A stretch of 64,000 nucleotides of DNA, from assembly GCA_963792635.1 (NCBI GenBank), contig CAWBWX010000007.1, positions 3,975 to 67,974 of the forward strand, read 5' to 3'. This DNA is from an uncultured Alphaproteobacteria bacterium (lineage in GTDB: Bacteria; Pseudomonadota; Alphaproteobacteria; Rhizobiales; Xanthobacteraceae). Below the pieces are notes generated by a model, which worked only from the letters and a program-made list of their open reading frames with translations, made no database searches and was not told where the DNA came from. A program made the position numbers and the translations under genes. Shown piece by piece: positions 9,091 to 19,352 of this stretch (positions are counted from its first letter, which is position 1; each line of letters starts with the position of its first letter).

Positions 9091-9107
9091 ACATCGGCGG
9101 ATTACCA

Positions 9108-9953
9108 TTGAGCGTGCCCGCGCGACTGCCCGCTGTCTTCCAGTCCGATCGGCCGCTGATCTTTGCCCATCGCGGCGGCGCGAAGCTCGCGCCCGAAAAT
9201 ACGATGGCCGCGATCGACAACGGCATGCGGCTCGGCGCGGATGGTCTCGAGATCGACGTGCAGCTGTCCGCCGACGGTGTTCCCGTCGTGATTCACGACC
9301 AGACCCTCGACCGGACGACGGACCGCGTTGGCCCGGTCAGCAGCCTGACGGCAGCCGAGCTCGCACGTGTGGATGCCGGCTACCGGTTCGAGGTTGATGG
9401 GCAGCATCCCTTTCGCGGTCAAGGGATCGGCGTGCCGGTACTGGATGACGTGCTGGCGAAGTATCCCGACACGCGCGTGATCATCGAGATGAAAGGCGGG
9501 CAGCCGGAGCTCGCGCGGGCGGTCGCGGCGTCGATTCGGAAAGCGGATGCCGTGCATCGCATTTGCGTCGGATCGTTCCATCAGGGCTCGATCGATGCGA
9601 TCCGGGCGGAGCATCCGGACGTGATCACCAGCGCGTCCCAGCACGAAGCGCGGTGGACGCTGCATCGATCGTGGGTGCGGTGGCCCTGGATCAGCCGCCA
9701 GCCGTATGTCGCATTCCAGGTGCCGGAATATGCCGGCCGCATGCGCGTCGTATCGCGTGGCTTCGTGCGCCAGGTGCACAAGCAAGGCCACGTCCTGCAG
9801 GTATGGGTCGTGAACGAGCGCGACGATATCCGCCGCTTGTTGGATTGGGGCGTAGACGGGATAATCTCGGACCGGCCCGACATTGCGGTCGCGACGCGCG
9901 ACGAATGGCTTGTCCACCGTAGCCTTGGCGAAGGTGGAGGATCACCCACATGA
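9108..9953 (+). CDS. Glycerophosphodiester phosphodiesterase (GDPD family)
   Basis: Intact 281-aa ORF with TTG start. IFAHRGGAKLAPENTMAAIDNGMRLGADGLEIDVQLSADGVPVVIHD. Confidence 0.8.
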   Translation: MSVPARLPAVFQSDRPLIFAHRGGAKLAPENTMAAIDNGMRLGADGLEIDVQLSADGVPVVIHDQTLDRTTDRVGPVSSLTAAELARVDAGYRFEVDGQHPFRGQGIGVPVLDDVLAKYPDTRVIIEMKGGQPELARAVAASIRKADAVHRICVGSFHQGSIDAIRAEHPDVITSASQHEARWTLHRSWVRWPWISRQPYVAFQVPEYAGRMRVVSRGFVRQVHKQGHVLQVWVVNERDDIRRLLDWGVDGIISDRPDIAVATRDEWLVHRSLGEGGGSPT

Positions 9954-10938
9954 CGACAGCAGTCTCGACCACGGAACTGATCGCGCCCACCCTGAATGAC
10001 GTCTACGCTGCGCGCGAGCGCGTGGCGCCGCACGTGCCGCGCACGCCATTGATGCGCCATCCGCTCCTCGACGAAGCCACCGGTCTGTCGATCTGGGTGA
10101 AGCACGAGAACCACAACCCGACCGGTGCGTTCAAGGTGCGCGGCGGATTGAACCTGGTCGGCGCGATGTCCGCGGACGAACGCGCCCGCGGCATTGTCAC
10201 GGCCAGCACCGGGAATCACGGCCAGTCGATCGCGCTCGCGTCGCGCATCCACGGCGCGCAGTGCACGGTGTTCGTGCCGGACGGCAACAATCCCGAGAAG
10301 AACGCGGCGATTCGCGCCTATGGCGCCACCGTTGAAGAAGGCGGGACGGATTTTGACGAGGCGCGCGAGCGCTGCGAGCATCGCGCGTCAACCACGCGGC
10401 GCGCGCTACGTGCATTCGGCCGACGAGCCGTTGCTGATTGCCGGGGTCGGCACATACGCCCTCGAAGTGTTCGAGGATCTTCCGGACGCCGACGTGGTCT
10501 TCGTGCCGCTCGGCGGCGGATCCGGCGCATGTGGGTTGATCACCGTTCGTAACGCGCTGGGCGCCCGCGCGAAGAATTGTCGGCGTCGGCGCGGTGAACG
10601 CAGACGGCGTGTATCGATCGTGGAAGGGACCCGAGCGCGTGGTCGGCGACTCAGCGAATACATTCGCCGAAGGCATCGCCACTCGCGTCAGCTTCGATTT
10701 GCCGTTCAGCATCTATAAGCCACACCTCGACGACTTCGTGCAGCTCACGGAAGAGGAGCTGGCCGGCGGAGTCAGGATGGCGCTGAAGACGACGCACAAC
10801 CTCGCCGAAGGCGCCGGCTCGGCGTCGATCGCCGCGGCGTATAAGCTGCGCGACAGCCTCGCGGGCCAGCGCGTGGTGTGCATTATGTCCGGCGGCAACC
10901 TCGACGCGGCGAAACTGAAATGGGTCTTGTCAGCCTGA
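9950..10938 (+). pseudogene. PLP-dependent threonine/serine dehydratase family; 2 frame breaks (~10390, ~10575)
   Basis: HENHNPTGAFKVRGGLN (PLP-lysine motif), TASTGNHGQSIA, VPLGGGSGACG. C-terminus CIMSGGNLDAAKLKWVLSA. Confidence 0.75.
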
Positions 10939-11878
10939 CCACGCTCGATCGTCTCGACGGATGGAAGGCGGTCGGCGTGATCAGCGACGAGCAGCACGCG
11001 ATGCTGACCGCGCTCGTCCGGCGGCAGCGGTTTTCGGTGTTCGTCGAGCTCAGCGCGCTGCTGTATCTCGGCGTTCTGTCGATCGTCGGCGGCCTGGTGT
11101 GGACCTTCCGTGAATACGTCGCCAGCCTGGGCGACGTCGCGATCCTCTCGATCCTTGCGCTGCTGATGGCGGTGTCGTTCGGCTACTGCTTTTCGCGAAC
11201 GGCTGCGTATTCGAATGAAGAGGTTGAATCGCCGACGCTCGTCTTCGATTACGTCCTCTATTTCGGCTGCCTGATCTTTTCCGCGACGCTGGCGTTCCTC
11301 GAGACGCGATTCGGCGTGTTTCGCGGGTGGGACACCCATTTGCTGATCGCGTCGCTGGTGTTTGGCGGGTTCGCGTATCGCTTCGACAATCGCTTCGTTC
11401 TGTCGCTCGCGCTCTCGACCCTCGCCTCCTACCTGGGACTCAAGCTGACCGCGCCGGACGATCTGCATGTGGACCGGTTGCGATTCTCGGCCATGTTCTA
11501 CGGCTGGCTGCTGATCGGCCTCGGCGTGCTGCTTCATCGTCAGGCGATCAAGCGTCACTTTCTCGAGGTCTATCTGCACCTGGGCGCCAATGCGGTGCTG
11601 CTCGCGACGCTGTCCGGCGTGCTCGAATCGGGAACGGGCCTCGCGTATCTGGGCTTACTGCTCGGTCTGTCAGCCGCGGCGATCTTACCTCGGTGTGCGC
11701 TTTCAACCGCTTTGCGTTTGTGGCCTACGGCACCCTCTATGGCTACGCCGGCCTCAGCGCGCGACTGCTCAGCGCGATCGGCGGTCCGACGATCGCCTTG
11801 ACCTACTTCGTGGTCACCGGTTCGCTCGTCGTGATCGCGCTCGTGGTTCTGGCGCGACGATTCGGGCGTGACGAATGA
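10920..11878 (+). pseudogene. Polytopic membrane protein, DUF2157-like N-terminus; 1 frame break (~11695)
   Basis: LDRLDGWKAVGVISDEQHAMLTAL followed by multiple hydrophobic segments. C-terminus in the frame of ORF 11327-11878. Confidence 0.45.
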
Positions 11879-12397
11879 ACCTGTATTCACGTGACGATGA
11901 GCGGACGATTCGTGTGCAGCGTCTCGTAGACGACTGGACGAAGTCCGGATTGTTGGTTCCCGAACAGCGCACCCGCATCCTTCCTGAATTGCAGGTCGAC
12001 CTTCGCCGCACGAACTTGTTCCTGCGTGCGACGTTGTTCGTGTTCGGTTACATGATCGTCAATGCGCTGACCGGGCTGTTCGTGGTCACGCTGAATCTCA
12101 GCGAAGGGTCGACGATGTATCTGTCGGTGTTCGCGGCGGTCGCGTTCTTTGCGGTCGCGCAGGTGCTCGTGCAGCGCTACCGCCTGTACCGCTTTGGGAT
12201 CGAAGAATCGGCGGCTGATTGCCAGCGTCTCGTCCTTCGCGATCGCCGCGTCGATGGCGTTCCACCCGACCTTTTCAACCTTCCAGGCACTGCTGGCTGC
12301 GACCGCCGGGTCGTTCGTCATCTTCCGGCGATTCGGATATGTCTATGCCGGGGTGGCGGCAACGATCCTGGCCGCGCTCGTGCCATTCGGCACCTAA
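11875..12397 (+). pseudogene. Membrane protein with similar N-terminal W-x3-GLL-x3-Q helix; 1 frame break (~12210)
   Basis: MNLYSRDDERTIRVQRLVDDWTKSGLLVPEQRTRIL followed by TM segments. Ends at TAA 12395-12397. Confidence 0.4.
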
Positions 12398-12409
12398 CAG
12401 GTCGACACG

Positions 12410-13019
12410 GTGCGCCGGCTGTCGGCGATGGCGATCATGCTGGTCGTGTTCTTCATCGCTCGCGAGCGGCGACAGGACCACGATTGGGACTATCCGGGCG
12501 ACGCGTATGCGGTGATCGAAGCGGTGTCGTGGGGCGTGCTGTATTGTCTCGCGAACCTGAAGGCGTCATCGTGGCTTGCGTCTTCTGACGAAGTCGGGCT
12601 GTTCTACTGGGCGACCTACGTCGCAATCTGGATCCTTCCCGCGGTCGGTCTTATTACTCGCGATCCGCGATCGGCACCGCTTGTTGCTGGATGTGAACAT
12701 CGCGCTCGCCCTCGCGACGATGATGTCCAACAAGCCGTATCTCGGAGCGGAACCGAAGCCGTGGGATCCGATCCTGTTTGGCGTGTTGCTGATCACGATC
12801 GCGATCGGACTTCGGCGATGGCTGGCGAGTGGTGAGAATGGAGGGCGCCACGGATTTGTTGCGCATCGCCTGCTCGCATCCGAAAAGGCTCGTCTGGCGA
12901 TGGCAGGTTCGGCCACGGTGTTTGCGCCAGGCGCACCACCGTCGCATGCGCCGGAACCAGGACCGTCAGTTGGCGGCGGCGGCAGCTCTGGCGGCGCCGG
13001 CGCATCGGGAAAATTCTGA
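12410..13019 (+). pseudogene. Membrane protein, unknown family; 1 frame break (~12660); Gly-rich C-terminus
   Basis: GTG start. AMAIMLVVFFIARE..., WATYVAIWILPAVGLI..., PILFGVLLITIAIGLRRWL..., GGGGSSGGAGASGKF. Confidence 0.4.
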
Positions 13020-13058
13020 GGATCATCGGATGTATAGTCTGCCGCGGAGGGGAAATCG

Positions 13059-13694
13059 ATGAAGGCACGAGTTCTTGGCGCGGTTGCCGCGCTGTTATTC
13101 CCGGTCATGGCCCTGGCCCAGAATCCCAAAGGCGCCACCTATATCACCGCCGAACAGGTGAAGATGATCAACGCGCTGCCAGGCGTCGACCGCCAGATCG
13201 TCAATGTCGATGTCGGCAATACGAATCTTGCAGTCGGTGTGATTCATCGGGGCAAGACCGGCGCGCCTCCGGCGGCTGGTGGTGGTGGCGCGGCGGGTGC
13301 TGCTCCGGCGGCGCCGCCCGAGCCATGCGGCGAAAAAGGCACCGTGCCGCCTGGGTCTCCAACCGGACTCTGGCACCAGGGACAGACCGAAACCTACATC
13401 ATCATCTCGGGCTCGGGCACGCTCGTGACCGGAGGGAAGGTCGTGAACGGTCGCAAGTCCGCGCCGGACAGCCAGGTCACCAAGGTGCTGAATGGTCCGT
13501 CGTGCAGCGGCTCGATCGTTGGCGACGACGTGGTCAAGAGGGTGGTCAACGTCGGCGACATCATCATCATCCCGGCAGGTATGCCGCACGGGTGGGCTGA
13601 GATTGGCGATCATGTGGACTACTTGAGCGTGCGTCCCGATCCACAGCGCACGATTTCGGAGCTCTACACGAATCCGGCGTTGAAGAAGCAGTAG
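13059..13694 (+). CDS. Secreted cupin-domain protein
   Basis: Intact 211-aa ORF. Signal peptide MKARVLGAVAALLFPVMALAQ. Cupin-like GQTETYIIISGSG...GDIIIIPAGMPHGW. Confidence 0.6.
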   Translation: MKARVLGAVAALLFPVMALAQNPKGATYITAEQVKMINALPGVDRQIVNVDVGNTNLAVGVIHRGKTGAPPAAGGGGAAGAAPAAPPEPCGEKGTVPPGSPTGLWHQGQTETYIIISGSGTLVTGGKVVNGRKSAPDSQVTKVLNGPSCSGSIVGDDVVKRVVNVGDIIIIPAGMPHGWAEIGDHVDYLSVRPDPQRTISELYTNPALKKQ

Positions 13695-13847
13695 TCACCG
13701 TCGCGTCAGCACGGTAAGTCTCGGTCCCGGACGTTCGAGATGGTCGATGCCGGCAAGCGGAATATAGAACTCGTCTTGCCAGTCGTAGATCGATCCCGGC
13801 CGTTCGGGGGCCGACGTTTCGAATCCCAGCACATAGCCTTTCTTGCG
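13695..13847 (-). pseudogene. Orphan 3'-terminal gene fragment (about 50 codons); its 5' part is replaced by ileS sequence
   Basis: Reads ...[49 protein letters not shown] then stop. Upstream of it the same frame is Arg/Ala junk antisense to ileS. Confidence 0.4.
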
Positions 13848-13855
13848 CGCTTCCG

Positions 13856-16682
13856 GAAGCGAAGCTCGGGCTCTACCAGCGCCTGCGCGAGGCTCGCGCG
13901 GCCGCGACCGCTTCATCCTCCACGACGGCCCGCCCTACGCCAACGGCCACATCCATATGGGTACGGCGCTGGGCAAACTGCTCAAGGACCTCGTGGTGCG
14001 GTCGCAGCAGATGCTCGGCCACGATTCGAACTACGTGCCCGGATGGGACTGTCACGGTCTGCCGATCGAGTGGAAGGTCGAGGAGGAGTACCGCGCCAAA
14101 GGAAAGAATAAGGACCAGATCCCGGTCATCGAGTTCCGCCGCGTATGCCGCGAGTTCGCCCAGCACTGGGTCGAGGTGCAGCGCACCGAGTTCATGCGCC
14201 TCGGCGGCGTCGGCGATTGGGATCACTACTACACCACCATGAGCTATCCGGCCGAAGCGCAGATCGCGCGCGAGCTGATGAAGTTTTCCATGACCGGCCA
14301 GCTCTACCGCGGCTCCAAACCGGTGATGTGGTCGGTGGTGGAGAAGACCGCGCTCGCCGAGGCGGAGGTCGAGTACGACGATTACACCAGCGATACGGTT
14401 TGGGTGAAGTTTCCCGTGTGGTCGAAGGACCCGAGGAACTGAAGGGCGCGCGCGTGTGTGCGATCTGGACCACCACGCCCTGGACCATCCCCGGCAACCG
14501 TGCCGTCGCTTCTCGTCGAAGATCAAGTACGGGCTTTACGAGGTCACCGCTGCGCCGGAAGAGAACTGGGCGAAGCCGGGCGACAAGCTGATCCTCGCCG
14601 ACAAGCTCGCCGCGCGGTGATGAAGGCCAGCGCGGTCGAGGCCTACGAGCGCCGCGGCGACGCGGACCCTGCGAAGATCGCGGCTTCGGCCATCCGTTGC
14701 GCGGCAAGGGATATGACTTTCAAAGTGCCGCTCCTCGATGGCGATCACGTCACCGACGAGGACGGCACCGGCTTCGTTCATACCGCGCCCGGCCACGGCC
14801 GCGACGACTTCGACGTCTGGACCGCGAACGAGCGCGCACTCGCCGCGCGCGGCATCGAGACGAAGATCCCTTTCACCGTCGACGCCGATGGCTTCTTCAC
14901 CAAGGAGGCGCCCGGTTTCGAGGGCAAGCGCGTGCTCACCGACAAGGGCGAGAAGGGCGACGCCAACGAGGCGGTGATCAAGGCGCTGGCCGACGCCGGC
15001 ATGCTGATCGCGCGCGGACGGCTCAAGCATCAATACCCGCACTCCTGGCGCTCGAAGAAGCCCGTCATCTTTCGCAATACGCCCCAGTGGTTCATCGCGA
15101 TGGACCGCGACATCGCCGGCCCGGGCGACACGCTACGCAAGCGCGCGCTCGACGGCATCAAGACCGTGAAGTGGGTGCCGCCGCAGAGCGAGAACCGCAT
15201 CACCGGCATGATCGAGAGTCGCGCCCGATTGGGTGATCTCACGCCAGCGCGCCTGGGGCGTGCCGATCACCGTGTTCGTCGACAAGAAGACCGGCGAAGT
15301 GCTGCGCGACGAACGCGTGAACCAGCGCATCGCCGACGCCTTCGAGAAGGAAGGCGCCGACTGCTGGTTCGCCGACAAGGACGGCGCGCGCTTTCTCGCG
15401 CCCGAATACGATCCCGCCGCCTATGAGAAGGTGAACGACATTCTCGACGTGTGGTTTGATTCCGGCTCGACCCATGCCTTCACGCTGGAGGTGCGGGAAG
15501 ATCTGAAGGTCAAGCGCGTACGCGACGGCGGCCGCGACGCCGTCATGTATCTCGAGGGCTCCGACCAGCACCGCGGCTGGTTCCAGTCTTCACTTCTGGA
15601 ATCGTGCGGCACGCGGGGCGTTCCGCCCTACGACATCGTGCTCACCCACGGCTTCCTTCTCGACGAGAAGGGCGTCGACAAGATGTCGAAGTCGGTTGGC
15701 AACGTGGTGTCGCCTGAGGAGGTCATACGCACCTCGGGCGCCGATATCCTGCGGCTGTGGGCGGCCGCTTCCGATTACGCCGATGACGTGCGCTTCGGGC
15801 CCGAGATCATTAAGAATTTCGTGGAGACCTACCGCAAGCTGCGCAATACGCTGCGGTGGCTGCTTGGTAGCCTGCATCACTTCCGTGACGTCGACCGCGT
15901 GCCGTTCGCCCAGATGCCCGAGCTCGAACGCGTGATCCTGCACCGTCTCGCCGAGCTCGATCGCGACGTTCGACGTTGGTACGCCGAGTTCGACTACAAG
16001 CGGGTGTTCGCGGCGCTCAACGCCTTCATGACCAGCGATCTCTCCGCCTTCTATTTCGACGTGCGCAAGGACACGCTTTATTGCGATCCGCTATCCTCGG
16101 TGACGCGCAAGGCGTGCCTGACCGTCCTCGACCGCCTGTTCCACCACCTGGTCACTTGGCTCGCGCCGATTCTTTGCTTCACCGCCGAAGAAGTGTGGCT
16201 CACGCGCTTCCCATCGCCCAACGGTTCGGTGCATCTCGCAGCGTTTCCCGCCGCCGACCCGCAATGGACCGACGAGGAACTCGCCGAGAAATGGCGCAAC
16301 GTGCGCCTCGTGCGCCGGGTGGTCACCGGCGCGATCGAGCTCGAGCGCGCGCAGAAGCGGATCGGCTCCTCGCTCGAGGCGGCGCCCGTCATTTATGTCG
16401 CCGACGAGCGGCTGCTGCCCGCGCTGCAGGGGGTGGACATGGCGGAAGTGTGCATCACCTCTGCACGCTACCGTGGTTGCCGGCGACGGCCCATCCGATG
16501 CGTTCCGCCTCCCTGAAGTGCCGGATGTCGCCGTCGTCGTGCGCAAGGCCGAAGGAAAGAAATGCGCCCGCTCGTGGAAGCTCTCGCCGTTGGTTGGCTC
16601 CGATGCGGAATATCCCGACGTGACGCCGCGCGACGCCCAGGCATTGCGCGAGTTCCGCGCGAGCCGGCGCGCCGCGGAGTAG
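13856..16682 (+). pseudogene. ileS: Isoleucine--tRNA ligase, lacking about 45 N-terminal codons and with about 8 frame breaks
   Basis: [13 protein letters not shown] / [27 protein letters not shown] / [14 protein letters not shown] / TTPWTIPGN / [11 protein letters not shown] / [16 protein letters not shown] / [11 protein letters not shown] / [10 protein letters not shown] / C-terminus KKCARSWK. Breaks at ~13900, 14425, 14510, 14612, 14680, 14722, 15232 and 16468. Confidence 0.9.
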
Positions 16683-16686
16683 GGGA

Positions 16687-17199
16687 GTGGCGCTTTCCGC
16701 TTACGGTCCGTTGTCGCGCTTCGGCCTTCTCGTGGCCGCGGCGGTGCTGGTTGCCGACCAGGCGACCAAGTTCCTGGTGTTGCAGCTCGTCGGTTGGCAA
16801 CCCGGTGCGATGCTACGCCTGACGCCGTTTCTCGACATCGCGGTCGTGTTCAACCGCGGCGTCAGCTACGGTCTTTTCCCGCAGGATAGTGACGCCGGCC
16901 GTTGGATGCTGACGGCGGTGAAGCTCTTCGCCGCCCTCTTGTTCATCATCTGGCTTGCCCGCGCCCACTCGCGGCTGGTTGCGGTCTCGCTCGGGCTTTT
17001 GGTGGGCGGGGCGCTGGGCAATGCCATCGACCGGACGGTTTATGGCGCCGTGGTCGATTTCATCTCGCTGCACGTGGCCGGGTGGAACTGGTACGTCTTT
17101 AACCTCGCCGATACAGCGGTCGTTGCCGGGGTCGTGGGGTTGCTGTACGATGCGGCCTTCGGCAGCGCCACGAAATCGCCGCCATCGGCCTCAACGTGA
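16687..17199 (+). CDS. lspA: Signal peptidase II (lipoprotein signal peptidase)
   Basis: Intact 170 aa. VADQATKFLV, FNRGVSYGLF, GGALGNAIDR, VVDFISLH, FNLADTAVVAG. Confidence 0.9.
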   Translation: MALSAYGPLSRFGLLVAAAVLVADQATKFLVLQLVGWQPGAMLRLTPFLDIAVVFNRGVSYGLFPQDSDAGRWMLTAVKLFAALLFIIWLARAHSRLVAVSLGLLVGGALGNAIDRTVYGAVVDFISLHVAGWNWYVFNLADTAVVAGVVGLLYDAAFGSATKSPPSAST

Positions 17200-17243
17200 G
17201 GCTTCCGGGACCCCGAATCCCGCAACCGCCACAAGGAAGTTCG

Positions 17244-17927
17244 ATGCCGGCTCAGCGCCTCAGAAAACTCGGCCTCATTTCGCTCGGTCTCGCGGCTCTG
17301 CTCGCGGGCGCGCCGGCCGCGTTCGCCCAGGAGGAGCCGACGGCTTTGCAGAAAGTGCTGGGCACCCTCGGCGTTCTGGAAATTCCCTCCGACGATGCGC
17401 CGGAATACCGGGAGCGCGCGCCGCTGGTCGTGCCGCCTGCAGTCCAGTTGCCCGCCCCGCGCAATCCCGACGACATGGCCAAGCAGTATCCCGAGTGGCC
17501 TAAGGATCCCGACGTCGAGCGCCGGCGCAAGGCGACGACTGCCAAGCGCTATTCAAGCTCGGTACGCGATGAAGACTTCTTCAGCGGTCGCTTGCTCTCT
17601 CCCGGCGAGGTCAATCGCAGAACCAAGCAGGGCGCCGGCACTGGTCCTGCTTCGAATACCGCTGGCGCCGAATTGGCCGCGGGCAAGGAGCGCTACACGC
17701 CGAGCGAGCTCGGCTTCAAGGGCTGGTTCCAGAAGGAGAAGCCCGTCGTTTTCACCGAGGAGCCGACGCGCCAGCGCCTTACTGAGCCGCCCGCGGGCTA
17801 CCGTACGCCGTCGGCCAATGCGCCATATGGCGTGGTTCAGAGCAAGCAGACCAACCGCATCGGCAGCGTCTTCGATCGACTCGACGCGGGTCGGGGATCT
17901 CGCTCGGACTCGAACCCGAGCCGATGA
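17244..17927 (+). CDS. Secreted protein, possibly DUF3035-like (common neighbour of lspA in alphaproteobacteria)
   Basis: Signal peptide LGLISLGLAALLAGAPAAFAQ. Motif RAPLVVPPAVQLPAPR. Confidence 0.4.
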   Translation: MPAQRLRKLGLISLGLAALLAGAPAAFAQEEPTALQKVLGTLGVLEIPSDDAPEYRERAPLVVPPAVQLPAPRNPDDMAKQYPEWPKDPDVERRRKATTAKRYSSSVRDEDFFSGRLLSPGEVNRRTKQGAGTGPASNTAGAELAAGKERYTPSELGFKGWFQKEKPVVFTEEPTRQRLTEPPAGYRTPSANAPYGVVQSKQTNRIGSVFDRLDAGRGSRSDSNPSR

Positions 17928-17975
17928 GCCTGCGTTCGCGTTCTACATCGCCGGCGTTCGCATGATGGTTGGGCC

Positions 17976-19352
17976 GTGTATTTCAGGATCGTGATCGGCA
18001 TGGTCGCCCTCGCTGCCGCCGGGACCGCAGCGCTGCAGGCACCGCGCGCAACCGCGCTGGAGTCATTGGGTCCCACGATCACGGAATTCACGCTGGCGAA
18101 CGGTCTCAAGGTCGTGGTCATTCCCGACCGTCGCACGCCGGTGGTCACCCACATGATTTGGTACCGCGTCGGCTCCGCCGACGAGACACCGGGCCGGTCC
18201 GGCCTTGCCCATTTTCTCGAGCACTTGATGTTCAAAGGCACGGCGAAGAATCCCGCCGGCCGCTTCTCCCAGGTGCTCGCCGAGCTCGGTGGCCAGGAAA
18301 ACGCCTTCACCAGCCAGGATTACACCGCCTATTTCCAGCGCGTGGCGCGCGAGAATCTCGAGACGGTGATGGTCTTCGAGGCCGACCGCATGACCGGGCT
18401 TGTCTTGTCCGACGCCGGCGTGCTCTCCGAGCGTGACGTGGTGCTCGAAGAGCGCCGCATGCGCACCGACAACGATCCGAGTGCCCAGCTCTACGAAGCT
18501 GCCCAGGCCGCGCTCTATACCAACCATCCCTACGGCCGGCCGGTGATCGGCTGGGAGCACGAGATCCGTCAGCTCGACCGCGAGCAGGCGCTTGCTTTCT
18601 ACCGCCGCTTCTATGCGCCGGAGAACGCGGTGCTGGTGCTCGCCGGCGACGTGGATACCGACGAGGCGCGTACGCTCGCCGAGAAGACCTATGGCAAGCT
18701 CACCCGCGGCGCCACTGCGGCAGAACGGGTGCGGCCGGCGGAGCCGGAGCCGCGCGCCCACCGGCGCGTCACGCTCGCCGACGCGCGCGTGCAGCAGCCA
18801 AGCTTCAGCCGCTACTATCTCGTGCCCTCGCAGACGACGGGGAAGCCGGGCGAGGCTGAAGCGCTCGATGTGCTCGCCCATCTTCTAGGCTCGGGCACGC
18901 TGTCGCGGCTCTATCGGGCGCTGGTAGTGGAACAGGGAATCGCGGCCAATGCCGGTGCTTGGTACATGGGCACGGCACTCGACGCTTCCCGCTTCGGTAT
19001 TTACGCCTCGCCGCGGCCCGACGTTTCTCTCGAGGCACTGGAGGCGGCGGCCGACGCGGTGATCGCCGAGGTCGCTACTAACGGCGTCACCGAATCCGAA
19101 TTGTCCCGTGCCAAGACCCGGCTCATCGCCGACGCGGTCTACGCCCAAGACAATCAGGCGACGCTCGCCCGCATTTTCGGAGCTGCCCTGATGACGGGGC
19201 TGAGCGTCGAGAAGGTGAAATCCTATCCGGCGCGCGTCCGCGCGGTTTCCGCCGCGGATGTGCGCGCCGCCGCCGCCACCTGGCTCGAGCTTCGCCGCGC
19301 CGTTACCGCTTATCTGGTGAAGCCGCCGGCTCCGCCGGAGAAGCGCTCGTGA
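17976..19352 (+). CDS. M16-family zinc peptidase (pitrilysin family), catalytic-type subunit
   Basis: Intact 458 aa. Inverted zinc motif GLAHFLEHLMFKGT. Confidence 0.85.
   Translation: MYFRIVIGMVALAAAGTAALQAPRATALESLGPTITEFTLANGLKVVVIPDRRTPVVTHMIWYRVGSADETPGRSGLAHFLEHLMFKGTAKNPAGRFSQVLAELGGQENAFTSQDYTAYFQRVARENLETVMVFEADRMTGLVLSDAGVLSERDVVLEERRMRTDNDPSAQLYEAAQAALYTNHPYGRPVIGWEHEIRQLDREQALAFYRRFYAPENAVLVLAGDVDTDEARTLAEKTYGKLTRGATAAERVRPAEPEPRAHRRVTLADARVQQPSFSRYYLVPSQTTGKPGEAEALDVLAHLLGSGTLSRLYRALVVEQGIAANAGAWYMGTALDASRFGIYASPRPDVSLEALEAAADAVIAEVATNGVTESELSRAKTRLIADAVYAQDNQATLARIFGAALMTGLSVEKVKSYPARVRAVSAADVRAAAATWLELRRAVTAYLVKPPAPPEKRS

Noticed and set aside
13811-13830. tRNA-like T-loop word TTCGAATCC (also at 62089-62097)
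   Set aside because: The flanking bases do not form a T-stem, and no acceptor or anticodon arms can be drawn. One instance lies in a gene fragment and the other inside glyS.
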